This document shows positions 1 to 8,533 of a DNA stretch of 64,000 nucleotides, in pieces; the first letter of the stretch is position 1, and each line of letters opens with the position of its first letter. The stretch is taken from the NCBI GenBank assembly GCA_963664405.1, contig OY761158.1:2208001-2272000 (forward strand), given 5' to 3'. This stretch comes from Thermoanaerobaculia bacterium (GTDB taxonomy: Bacteria; Acidobacteriota; Thermoanaerobaculia; Multivoradales; Multivoraceae). The notes below the pieces were generated by a model that saw only the letters and a list, made by a program, of their open reading frames with translations, was not told the DNA's origin and searched no databases. Position numbers and translations under genes: made by a program.

Positions 1-825
1 GGCCTCGCGATAGACAGCCACGAAGCGTCGATAGGCTGCTTGGAATTGTCGCGCGCTCTGCCAAGTCGCCGCATGCACGAGCGGCGCCGGGGACTTGGCG
101 CTCGATCGTGGCCTCCCATGAGGATCCTGGCGCAGGATCCCCTCTCTCCCAAGAGGTCGCCTCCCACTCCGTCGCTGCGCCTCCGCAATGTGGTGAGCAC
201 GCTCCTGGAACCAGGCAACACGATCTTCTGGCTCCCAGCCCAACATGCAAGGCAGCGGTGTCAGCTTGACTACCCGTCGCTCGCGAAAGAGCTTCTCCGA
301 GCTGTCTTCGCCTCGTTGACGCGCCTGGTACTGCGCCGTGCGATTGATCCACTCTCCTCCGATCTCGTTCCGGCCCTGAAGTAGAGCCCGAGTACTCTGC
401 GCTCCGGGCCAGTCCTGAGGCCTCGAGACCAGATTCTCCTTGACGCCCTGGGCAAGGATGTAGTCCATGCGCCCGAGCTGCGCCGTTTCTTCCTGCGTCA
501 CCACGATCGCTTGGTAGCGCCGTCCCCAGAACTTCTCGCGCCACCGAGCGAGACGTCCTGCTTCACGAGCCACGTTGGACTGAACGTAGTTCATGAAGCG
601 CGCCATTTGCTCGGCGTCGTCGACCGTAATGAGAAGATGGAAGTGGTTCGACAGGTACACGAAGGCATGGATCTCTACCCCATAGAGCTCCTGTGCACGA
701 CTGAGAACGCCGATAATGCGACGCCGCAGAAGCTTCGAAGGACCCAGCAGAAAGCGACCCTGCAGGGTCCTACAAGTGATCTCGGCCAGGGATCGCTCGG
801 GTATGAAGCGCAGACGGCGGCTCAT
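1..825 (-). CDS. REP-associated tyrosine transposase-like (RAYT/TnpA-REP, Y1 HUH family), 3' end outside window
   Basis: Not in ORF track. Manual translation from ATG 825: MSRRLRFIPERSLAEITCRTLQGRFLL...HAFVYLSNHFHLL...FWGRRYQAI...DYILAQGVKENLVSRPQDWPG; HUH motif (NHFH) plus FW-x-x-R-Y and catalytic-Tyr region; frame open to position 1. Confidence 0.85.
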   Translation of the reverse strand, partial: MSRRLRFIPERSLAEITCRTLQGRFLLGPSKLLRRRIIGVLSRAQELYGVEIHAFVYLSNHFHLLITVDDAEQMARFMNYVQSNVAREAGRLARWREKFWGRRYQAIVVTQEETAQLGRMDYILAQGVKENLVSRPQDWPGAQSTRALLQGRNEIGGEWINRTAQYQARQRGEDSSEKLFRERRVVKLTPLPCMLGWEPEDRVAWFQERAHHIAEAQRRSGRRPLGREGILRQDPHGRPRSSAKSPAPLVHAATWQSARQFQAAYRRFVAVYREA

Positions 826-877
826 ACATGACTAGGGTGCCAACCCTGGGCAGAAAATGCACCGGACGGCCACTTTT

Positions 878-1060
878 TTAGGGTGGCACCTTCGTTCGCG
901 AAGCGAACGGGAGAAAAGCCCGAGTCGCAAGGGCGACCTGAATGGCGCCATCGACAAGATCCCAGCGAAGTACATCGCCAGGGCCCAGCGCCAGCATGTC
1001 GCGGACTTCCTTGGGAACCGTAGTCTGGTTCTTCGACGTGATCTTGGATTGGGCCATCAT
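878..1060 (-). CDS. AbrB/MazE/SpoVT-family antitoxin-like DNA-binding protein, probably C-terminally truncated; no toxin downstream
   Basis: MMAQSKITSKNQTTVPKEVRDMLALGPGDVLRW fits the AbrB pattern; tail runs into a palindromic region upstream of the RAYT. Confidence 0.75.
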   Translation of the reverse strand: MMAQSKITSKNQTTVPKEVRDMLALGPGDVLRWDLVDGAIQVALATRAFLPFASRTKVPP

Positions 1061-1064
1061 CGAT

Positions 1065-1093
1065 TCCTTACCAATTATCCAACATCGTAAGGA
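1065..1093. promoter_or_regulatory. Candidate autoregulatory operator of the AbrB-like gene
   Basis: Inverted repeat TCCTTAC-N15-GTAAGGA just upstream of the start codon. Confidence 0.45.
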
Positions 1094-1114
1094 GACTCGC
1101 AACTCGCGCTCCTC

Positions 1115-1357
1115 CTAGCCAGCGTTTCCGAAGTTCGAGTCGCATAGCTCGAGGTCATTCTGTTCGCTGGCTAGGAGCCTGCGAAGCAGGCGAGTAGTTC
1201 TCAGGCGGGGATGGGCCGGAGAACGGGCCGCAGGTCCGTTCTCCGGGGCGAGGCGCGCCGACGCAGGCATATTGGGAATCTGTCGAGGAGGTGCAACGCC
1301 GCCAGCGGGCAGAAGGGGCCGAGATAGGTGGCGCGAACTTTGGAAACGCTGGTCTAG
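1115..1357. mobile_element. MITE family A copy (reverse orientation) with nested family B element
   Basis: CTAG-flanked, TIRs ccagcgtttcc(g/a)aagttcg / cgaactttggaaacgctgg; homologous to 24288-24453 and 38483-38661; about 80 extra bp at 1171-1252. Confidence 0.85.
1171..1252. repeat. Repeat family B nested in MITE A
   Basis: ctaggagc...caggcgagtagttct...gatgggccggagaacgggccg...ccggggc also present at 62251-62341. Confidence 0.8.
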
Positions 1358-1444
1358 TGCAGGGGGCCGCCCCATCGAGCTTCAGACCTGAAGACGAAAT
1401 GGAGGGCTGGAGCCTTGCAGCGAGAAGAGTGAGGGGGGCGCGAC

Positions 1445-2641
1445 TCAGAAAATCGGGTCGCGGAGATAGACCTGAGTCGGTTCCTGGTGCCGGATCGTCT
1501 CGACCTTGGTCATCGTGCCCGAAGCGACTTCGAGCACGCGTTGCAACAGCTTCTCACCAGCCGATTCGACGGTCTCGCTTCCTTCGAGAACCGTGCCGGA
1601 GTAGAAGTCGATCGAGGACGAGGATCGAGCCAACGTGCCGGGGTTCGCCGTGGTCCAAAGCAGCGGGGCAACCACGCCGGGACTCGGATACAGCAACAAG
1701 TCGCTCTCGTTGCTCACAAAGCCACCCCCACCCAACTGAAACAACATCAGCTGCGCCCCCGTAGCCGCATAGCCAACATAGATACACATGGTCGGAGTCG
1801 TATCGACGAAGTAGAGCCCCTTGCCCCCGGGTCGTTCTCCGTACTTGAGGACGCCCTGGATCGGTGAGGAGCCCGACTTGCAAATCGCCCCGAGCGACTT
1901 CTCTTCCAAGGTCGATATACCGCCTTTGATATTGGCCGGGATCGGATTCATCGTACGGATGTCTTCCCCGGTCGACTTCGCTTCCGCCTCGATGGTCTCG
2001 GCGACCTCCAGAATGTCTTTGGCCACGTCTTCGTTGACGGCGCGGCCGGCGAGCACATGCTCGGCGCCGACGATCTCGGTGTTCTCGCCGAGGACGGCAG
2101 TACCGCCGGCCTGGACGACACGATCGTAGAGATTGCCGATAACCGGATTGCCGGCCAGACCCGAAGTGGTATCGGAAGCCCCACACTTCACCGCCAGCAC
2201 GAGCCGACTGACATCAAACGACTGGCGGCGAAGCTCAGACGCCTCATACGCCATCTCTCTAGCAAGGGCTATCCCCTTGGCGATCGCCGCCAGCGTCCCT
2301 CCTTCGTCCTCGTGTCGCAGCACTTCGACTCGCTTGCCGGACTTCGAGATCTCCTCGTAGAGCCTGTCGACGGTGTACTCGGCATAGCCCGCGCGAGCGA
2401 TCGAGCCGTCGATGATGACCGAGGCGACATTCGGATTCAGACCGAGGCCGATCAGGGTGCGACCGACCGTTTCGCGATCGCGGCTCGTATGGTCGAAGTA
2501 AGTGTCGCCGGCGATCAGCACGGTCTTGGTGCCCGCCACGAAGTCGCAGATCTTGGATGCGACGATCCCGCCAGGAATCACCAGAACATGATTGCGGATA
2601 CCCACCGAGCCATCGGGACGCTCATAGCCCTCGAACTTCAT
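1445..2641 (-). CDS. UxaA/GarD/SuyB-family dehydratase or lyase, large subunit
   Basis: GYERPDGSVGIRNHVLVIP, VKCGASDTTSGLAGNP, GGISTLEEKSLGAI motifs. Confidence 0.9.
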   Translation of the reverse strand: MKFEGYERPDGSVGIRNHVLVIPGGIVASKICDFVAGTKTVLIAGDTYFDHTSRDRETVGRTLIGLGLNPNVASVIIDGSIARAGYAEYTVDRLYEEISKSGKRVEVLRHEDEGGTLAAIAKGIALAREMAYEASELRRQSFDVSRLVLAVKCGASDTTSGLAGNPVIGNLYDRVVQAGGTAVLGENTEIVGAEHVLAGRAVNEDVAKDILEVAETIEAEAKSTGEDIRTMNPIPANIKGGISTLEEKSLGAICKSGSSPIQGVLKYGERPGGKGLYFVDTTPTMCIYVGYAATGAQLMLFQLGGGGFVSNESDLLLYPSPGVVAPLLWTTANPGTLARSSSSIDFYSGTVLEGSETVESAGEKLLQRVLEVASGTMTKVETIRHQEPTQVYLRDPIF

Positions 2642-2952
2642 TTCGACTCCTTCTTGACCAGGTCGCCTCGACCGCGAGTGCCCTCGAGGTTGTGGATATG
2701 AACGAGGTCGCCCTCGCGAATATCCTCCGAAGCGATGCCGATCGACTCACCGTACTTCTTGACCTGAGAGCCCTTGGCAATATCCGCGGTGGCGATCTTG
2801 AATCCGAACGGGATCGCCTCGATGGCGACGACTCTACGAGTCTGCTCCCCCAGCTGGACCTCGACCGAAGTACCGCTCGACACTTCCTCCAAGCAGGTAG
2901 CGACGTTGTCCTCTTCCGACAACATCATCGCGCCTTTGAAAGCCATCGTCAT
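2638..2952 (-). CDS. UxaA/SuyA-family small subunit (SAF domain)
   Basis: DNVATCL...IPFGFKIA...VKKYGESIG...HIHNLEGTRGRGD; 4-nt overlap with large subunit. Confidence 0.9.
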   Translation of the reverse strand: MTMAFKGAMMLSEEDNVATCLEEVSSGTSVEVQLGEQTRRVVAIEAIPFGFKIATADIAKGSQVKKYGESIGIASEDIREGDLVHIHNLEGTRGRGDLVKKESK

Positions 2953-2970
2953 CCTCCTTATCAGGGTGGC

Positions 2971-3708
2971 TCAGAAAACGAGCTCGACAACCACGAAAGC
3001 GACAGCGATCGCGGCGAGAACGCCGAGCAGCAGGATGATATACGCGAGAGCCTTCATCACTCTGAGCGCTCGCTTCACCGTCCTGCGGTCGTTCACGCGG
3101 GGGAAGTCACCATCGGGGACCTCCAACCCGAGAAAGTCGCACAGAGGGCGCCACCCCTCGCTGACCTCGAAGACGAGAAGTCGGTCGCTCGGAACTGCTG
3201 CCCTCACTTCGTCCACATGTTCGAGATAACGCGCGACGGCCCGGCTACGGTCGCTCATCGTGCCTCGTAGGAAGCGCAGCCATACCAGGTCGCGAACCAT
3301 CGAGTTGAAGCGGCGAAGCACCGGGATCATCCGCTCGATCACCCGCCAGTGCCAAAGCCGCTCACCGTAGTAGATCGTCTCGTAGGTGCTCTCGTACCAG
3401 GCCTCCGGACCGCCGGGGTGAAGGGTCAGGAGCACCTTGGCGTCGGGATAGGCAGCCAGCAGCTCGCGCCAGACGCACGAGGCCGGGAAGTCGACACAGG
3501 CTGTGTAGTCGGCGAAGACGCGCTCCCAGTCGTGTTGGGTGCCTTCAGGCGACGCCGCGACCTCACGCCAAAACCAGAGATGCCCCCGGTTCCTGGCGTC
3601 GATGACCACCCGCATGTGGTAGCAAGGGAAGCCGAGGCTGTTGAGCGCGACCCGCGTAGAGTCAGTTCCGGTGCGACCGAAACCGGCACCGATGATCTTC
3701 AGAGGCAC
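2971..3708 (-). CDS. Sulfotransferase-like P-loop protein with C-terminal membrane anchor
   Basis: IIGAGFGRTGT, PCYHM, ACVDFP, GWRPLCDFLG, FPRVN; hydrophobic C-terminus; GTG start inferred. Confidence 0.85.
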   Translation of the reverse strand: MPLKIIGAGFGRTGTDSTRVALNSLGFPCYHMRVVIDARNRGHLWFWREVAASPEGTQHDWERVFADYTACVDFPASCVWRELLAAYPDAKVLLTLHPGGPEAWYESTYETIYYGERLWHWRVIERMIPVLRRFNSMVRDLVWLRFLRGTMSDRSRAVARYLEHVDEVRAAVPSDRLLVFEVSEGWRPLCDFLGLEVPDGDFPRVNDRRTVKRALRVMKALAYIILLLGVLAAIAVAFVVVELVF

Positions 3709-3851
3709 CGGACTCCGACCTTGGGTCTCATGATCAAGCCTCCTTACGAGAAGACGAGAGTTTCGCACACCGTCGCCGCCACTTTGAAATAGGATGGGAG
3801 CCTATCCAAGGGGGGATGGTCCACTCGGTCGAAAACCAGGAGGAAACTCGA

Positions 3852-4391
3852 ATGAGAATCGCCCGTTACTTCCTTCGCCTCGCCCTCGCAGCGTCACTCC
3901 TGCTGACGATGGCGCCGGCCGCGAACGCCGTCGACTTCTCGGTTTTCGGCTCGTATTTCGATACCAGCGATCTCGCAGAAACCTATGGTGGAGGAGTTCG
4001 CCTGGGGCTCTTCCATCGCATCCAGCTACAGCTCGCCGGTACCCTCTACGACAGCGTTGAAGAATCGATTCCGATCCCGGGAGGCGGTATGGGTAGCGTC
4101 GATGTCGACATGACAGCGATCGACGGCGGAGTCGCCTTCTACTTCGGCGGCAAGGCCACCGGTTTCAACGTCGGCGGCGGTCTCTCCTACTTCATCTTCG
4201 ACGAAGCCACCCGTGAGGCCGACGACGAGGTGGGGTACTACGGCCAAATCGGCTATCAGTTCGAGCACTTCTTCCTCGAGGGCAAGTACCGAGTCATCGA
4301 AGGCACGATCGAAGAGATCATCGACGGCATCAAGCAGGGCGTCGACGTGTCGATCGACGGCATCACCGTGAACGCCGGCTGGAGGTTCTGA
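3852..4391 (+). CDS. Small outer-membrane beta-barrel protein
   Basis: Signal peptide, alternating amphipathic strands, C-terminal AGWRF; AGGA upstream of ATG. Confidence 0.8.
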   Translation: MRIARYFLRLALAASLLLTMAPAANAVDFSVFGSYFDTSDLAETYGGGVRLGLFHRIQLQLAGTLYDSVEESIPIPGGGMGSVDVDMTAIDGGVAFYFGGKATGFNVGGGLSYFIFDEATREADDEVGYYGQIGYQFEHFFLEGKYRVIEGTIEEIIDGIKQGVDVSIDGITVNAGWRF

Positions 4392-4417
4392 GACGGCGCT
4401 CGCCTGACCGGCCTGGG

Positions 4418-6103
4418 TCAGATCGACTTATCGCGACCAGCCCAATAGGGCTCCCTCACCTGACGTCGTAAGATCTTGCCCGTCGGCAGGCGGGGCAGGT
4501 CGGTGGCGAAGTCGATGCGGCGCGGGCTCTTGTAGTGGGGCAGATGCTCCCGTGTCCACTGCACCATCTCCTCAGCCAGCTCCTCGCTGGGCTCGAAGCC
4601 CTCCTTCAGCTCGACCACCGACAGCACGCTCTCTCCCCACTCCTGGTTCGGAATGCCGATGGTGCAGACCTCGTAGACCGCCGGGTGCTGGTGGATGATG
4701 TCGTCGACTTCCTGGGGATAGATGTTGACACCACCGGCGATGATCGTCTCGGCGCTGCGCCCGGTCAGGAACAAGTAGCCTTCTGCGTCGACGTAGCCCA
4801 TGTCTCCCATGGTGAAGTAATCGCCGCGATAGGAGCTGGCGGTCTTCTCGGGCGCCTTGAAATACACGAAGCGATTCTCCGGCGCCTTGAAGTAGACGGT
4901 ACCGGTCTCGTTGGCACCTACGACCCTACCCTCGTCGTCCTGGACCTGCGCCTCCGTACCTTCTAGAGGGCGCCCGACCGTCCCCGGCTTGGTCAGCCAT
5001 TCATCGGAATCGACGTAGTAGCTACCGCCCTCGGTGGCAGCGTAATACTCGTGAATCACCGGCCCCAGCCATTCGATCATCGCCTGCTTTATGTGCACAG
5101 GACACGGCGCGGCGCCGTGAACGACCCAACGCATCGAGCTGATGTCGTACTTCTGCTTGATGTCGTCGGGGAGGGCCAGAAGGCGGTGGAACATCGTCGC
5201 CACCATATGGGTGTGGGTGGCTCGGTGACGGTCGATCAGTTGAAGGGTCTCTTCAGCGTCCCATTTGTCCATCAGGATCACCCCGACACCGACACCGAAG
5301 GGAATCGCCAAATTGAGAGCCAGGGGAGCCGCGTGGTAGAGAGGCCCGGTGACGAGAGCCATGTCGGTTTCGGGGTTGCACGCCGCCGTTTCACGAAACT
5401 TCAGAAGCAGCGGAGCCGGGGTCGGATCGGGCCTGCGAAAAACACCCTTGGGGCGACCCGTGGTGCCGGAGGTGTAGAGCATCGATGAGCCCAGAGTCGG
5501 GTCCTCGAGATTCTCGCCGTCGTGGTCGGCTAGCGCGAGATGATAATCATCGAGGCCTTCGATCGAGCCGAGCGCAAGTCCCTCGACCAGATGTGGCGAG
5601 AGCGCCATCGCCTCGATGGCCGAGTCGGCGAACGCCCCATCGGCCACAAGCACTTTGGCCTCACAGTCGGTGACGATATAGGCGACATCCTCAGCGCTGA
5701 GATGCCAATTGATCGGGGTCATTCGACCACCGATGCGGGAGACAGCCTGCAAGGTCTCGATGAACTCGGGCCGGTTCCTCGCCAGGAGAGCAACGCCGTC
5801 GCCGGGCCCCACCCCTGCCAACCGCAGCCTTCGCGCCAGCCGGTTGGCGTTCTCGTTGAGCTCTCCCCAGCTGCGTGACCCGAACCTCGAGACCACAGCC
5901 TGTCGCTCGGGGGCAAGGCCCGCGTGGTAGGCCAGGACCATCCCCCGCGCCGCCCACTTCTGCAACTCTTCCGGATCAACCTTGGCTCGGGTGCTCAGTG
6001 GCTCGCCCCTCTCTCTGTCTGTAGGAGACACAACACTAGCACCCGCCCTCCGGGGCAAAAAGCCGTCCCTCCGGAAGAAGGAAGCCGGTGCGGACCGGGC
6101 CAA
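4418..6103 (-). CDS. Acyl-CoA synthetase / AMP-binding enzyme (start uncertain)
   Basis: MLYTSGTTGRPKG, YYAATEG, TMGDMG, LPRLPTGKILRR. Confidence 0.93.
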   Translation of the reverse strand: MARSAPASFFRRDGFLPRRAGASVVSPTDRERGEPLSTRAKVDPEELQKWAARGMVLAYHAGLAPERQAVVSRFGSRSWGELNENANRLARRLRLAGVGPGDGVALLARNRPEFIETLQAVSRIGGRMTPINWHLSAEDVAYIVTDCEAKVLVADGAFADSAIEAMALSPHLVEGLALGSIEGLDDYHLALADHDGENLEDPTLGSSMLYTSGTTGRPKGVFRRPDPTPAPLLLKFRETAACNPETDMALVTGPLYHAAPLALNLAIPFGVGVGVILMDKWDAEETLQLIDRHRATHTHMVATMFHRLLALPDDIKQKYDISSMRWVVHGAAPCPVHIKQAMIEWLGPVIHEYYAATEGGSYYVDSDEWLTKPGTVGRPLEGTEAQVQDDEGRVVGANETGTVYFKAPENRFVYFKAPEKTASSYRGDYFTMGDMGYVDAEGYLFLTGRSAETIIAGGVNIYPQEVDDIIHQHPAVYEVCTIGIPNQEWGESVLSVVELKEGFEPSEELAEEMVQWTREHLPHYKSPRRIDFATDLPRLPTGKILRRQVREPYWAGRDKSI

Positions 6104-6149
6104 TCCGAGACGGCGAAGATCCGTCCCACGACTACGGTACGCTCGCTAC

Positions 6150-6785
6150 ATGCGGCACGTCGTGGTCTCGCGAATGTCGGTACCGCGGCTGGATGAGCTC
6201 ACCGCCGAGCTCCACCGCGACCCGGAGTGGCTCGCCGCTCGGATGGAGCTCTTCCACAGATACTTCGCTGCCAGCGTCGGACGGCTCGGTGTGCCCACCA
6301 TCCTGCTGTGCTCGAGTGCCAGCGCTGGTTACGTGGTCGACAATACCCGCGGACTGAACTGGCTCAGCGTCGAGGTCCAGGATGACTGGTACGGTGGCTG
6401 GACCGGCGCTCCGGACCAGATGGTGACGCGGCTCGACTCGGACGACTCGCTGCGCGAGGACTGGTTCAAGGCGCTCGACGCCGCCCCGCCCGGCTTCGAC
6501 GCCTATTGCACGAAGCGTTTCCTCCGCTTCGATCCAAAGACCCGGGGGCTCTACGAGCGCGTCCGGCGGGAGCCCGCCTCACTGGCCGCGTTCTCCGCCG
6601 GCAGGAGTCCCTTCGACCACGACCACAAGACGCTCGAGGAGCACTACAGAACCTTCGAGCTTCCGCAGTCCTACCTGCTGCAAGTGGTCCACAGCGGCAA
6701 TCTGAGTTGGCGGCGGCCGCGATGGTGGCACTTCCGCTATCGGGTGCCGCTGGAGCGCATGAAGCCGTTCGGGTTGGAGGTCTAG
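6150..6785 (+). CDS. Putative glycosyltransferase (putative rhamnosyltransferase-like)
   Basis: HVVVSR...WLAARMELFHRY...TRLDSDD (DxD)...LQVVHSGN. Confidence 0.6.
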   Translation: MRHVVVSRMSVPRLDELTAELHRDPEWLAARMELFHRYFAASVGRLGVPTILLCSSASAGYVVDNTRGLNWLSVEVQDDWYGGWTGAPDQMVTRLDSDDSLREDWFKALDAAPPGFDAYCTKRFLRFDPKTRGLYERVRREPASLAAFSAGRSPFDHDHKTLEEHYRTFELPQSYLLQVVHSGNLSWRRPRWWHFRYRVPLERMKPFGLEV

Positions 6786-6913
6786 CCTCCGGAAATGATC
6801 GCTATCATTTCCTCCGGCTAGTTTTTGTTTGGCGCCGAGGACGGCGCACTCGGGCATTGCTTCCTATTCGCTCCGGGAAACGGCTCAGGACGAATACTCG
6901 GACACGCTCCTAG
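6782..6913 (+). repeat. Repeat family C copy 1 (stop-codon-anchored hairpin cassette)
   Basis: cTAGcctccggaaatgat-cgct-atcatttcctccggctag hairpin, T tract, ggcgccgaggacggcgcac, cttcctattcgct; TAG is the stop of 6150-6785. Confidence 0.85.
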
Positions 6914-6979
6914 CCTGGACTATTCATGAGGTCCGTAGCGAGGTGCCGCAGTAGGAGCTTCATGAATAATCCAGGCTAG
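6910..6979. repeat. 70-bp CTAG-bounded miniature inverted-repeat element
   Basis: ctagcctggactattcatga ... tcatgaataatccaggctag (20-bp IR, 1 mismatch). Confidence 0.75.
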
Positions 6980-8533
6980 GAGTCTGCGCGGCAGGAGTGC
7001 GGGTACGGTGAAGCTTCGATCGCGCTGCAGAATGGACGCCGCATTGGGTTTCGGATGGCGGAGAGTGCGTTGAGCAAGCCTGACGAGGCGTCAGGAAGCG
7101 CGATGCGGGTCGTATAGGGAGCTCTAACTCGGTGGCATGGCCCGGAGCGGCTCATGAAGCCGCTTGGAGGACGTGGAAGCGCTTCAAGTTGACGGCCAGA
7201 CACACCAGATCCCACTCGTGGCCGACATTGTCTTGGCCCCGGAGGCTGAATCGTCGGAAGCCCAGCACCTCTTTGATCCAACCGATCACCGGTTCCACGA
7301 CCGCCTTGCGCCGTCGGTAGCGTTGCTTGCCGGCGTCGCTGGCGAGTTTGTTCTGCATGCGGCGAGACGCTGCGAGCCTCTTGCTCACCTCACGCTTCTT
7401 TCCCTCTCGACCCAAGGAGATGTGAGCTTCAATGCCTCGTTTCTCGAGCTCGAGAAACGTCGCCTCGCTGCGATACCCCGCATCCGCCAAGACCTGCTCG
7501 GGATCCTCCCCCATCGCCGCCTTCGCCCGCGACAGCAACGGCATCATCTCGCCCACGTCCGCGGCGTTGTTCGTCAGGCTCGTCGAGACGATCATCTGCG
7601 ACTCTTCCTCCACCGCCAACTGGCCGTTGTAGCACTGATCGTAGCCATGGACCGTTTTCATGATCCGACTCTGCGGATCGGTGAAGTTGTCCTGGGCCCG
7701 GTCCTCCGGTACACCAAAATCGCGCGCGAAGGGCCGCCCGCGACGAGGCGGGTCGTCGTCGTCAACCTCCTTACGGCCGCGCTCTCGGTCCTTTTCGGCC
7801 TGGCGCGCCTCGAGCCTCTCCTTCGCCTGCTGGATCTTCGCCAAGCGCTGCTCGCGCCGCTGCAGCTCGGCCGGCAGCTCATCGCCGCGCACCTGCGCAC
7901 CATGCTCCACATCCTCTGCCGTATCCACCGCCTCGGCCTGCGACAGGAGCTCGGCGATCTCCTCTTGCAGACGCTTCTCCTCCTCCAGCATCCGAGCGTA
8001 GCTCATCGACTTGCGCTTGCTCGCGTTGGCCTTGACCTTCGTACCGTCCACCACCAACGTCCCCATACGCAGCACCCCGGCCTCACGAGCGATCTGCACC
8101 ACCTGCACGAACAGCGCCCGGAATGCCGCTAAATGAAGCTGACGAAACTCACATATCGTGCGATGCGCCGGGGAGTTGCCCGCCGCCAGATAACGATACG
8201 CCACGTCCTCCTCGAGCTTGCGCGCGATGCCGCGCGACGAATACGTCCCCGTCCCATACGCATACAACATCACCTTCACCATCATCCGAGGATCGAACGG
8301 CTGATTCCGACGACCATCCCCCTCGTAACGAGCGTAAAACGACGACAGATCCAGCGCCTCCACCGTCTCGGAGATGAAGTACACCAAGTGGCCCTCCGGC
8401 AACCAGTCACGAGGGCTCGGGGCTAGCAGATACAGCTGATCCGGAGCATACGGACGAAACGACGTCGGCATGCCACAACTCTACTCCGTCTTCGATCTCT
8501 TCACTAAACACTCCGTTTCTGCCGCGCAGACTC
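6980..8533 (-). mobile_element. IS1182-family insertion sequence
   Basis: Perfect 15-bp TIRs gagtctgcgcggcag / ctgccgcgcagactc; CTAG on both sides (6976-6979, 8534-8537). Confidence 0.92.
7152..8471 (-). CDS. IS1182-family DDE transposase
   Basis: FDPRMMVKVMLYAY, VDGTKVKANAS, NFTDPQSRIM, LADAGY, YRRRKAVVEPVIGWIK. Confidence 0.95.
   Translation of the reverse strand: MPTSFRPYAPDQLYLLAPSPRDWLPEGHLVYFISETVEALDLSSFYARYEGDGRRNQPFDPRMMVKVMLYAYGTGTYSSRGIARKLEEDVAYRYLAAGNSPAHRTICEFRQLHLAAFRALFVQVVQIAREAGVLRMGTLVVDGTKVKANASKRKSMSYARMLEEEKRLQEEIAELLSQAEAVDTAEDVEHGAQVRGDELPAELQRREQRLAKIQQAKERLEARQAEKDRERGRKEVDDDDPPRRGRPFARDFGVPEDRAQDNFTDPQSRIMKTVHGYDQCYNGQLAVEEESQMIVSTSLTNNAADVGEMMPLLSRAKAAMGEDPEQVLADAGYRSEATFLELEKRGIEAHISLGREGKKREVSKRLAASRRMQNKLASDAGKQRYRRRKAVVEPVIGWIKEVLGFRRFSLRGQDNVGHEWDLVCLAVNLKRFHVLQAAS

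Noticed and set aside
40-831. Plus-strand ORFs 40-384 and 511-831
   Set aside because: Antisense shadows of the RAYT-like gene
1115-1375. Similar short ORFs (ALDQRFQSS / NFGNAG) here and near 24200-24563 and 38426-38846
   Set aside because: Translations of MITE family A copies, with inconsistent frames and strands
7164-8132. 322-aa plus-strand ORF in IS1182
   Set aside because: Antisense open frame typical of GC-rich codon bias
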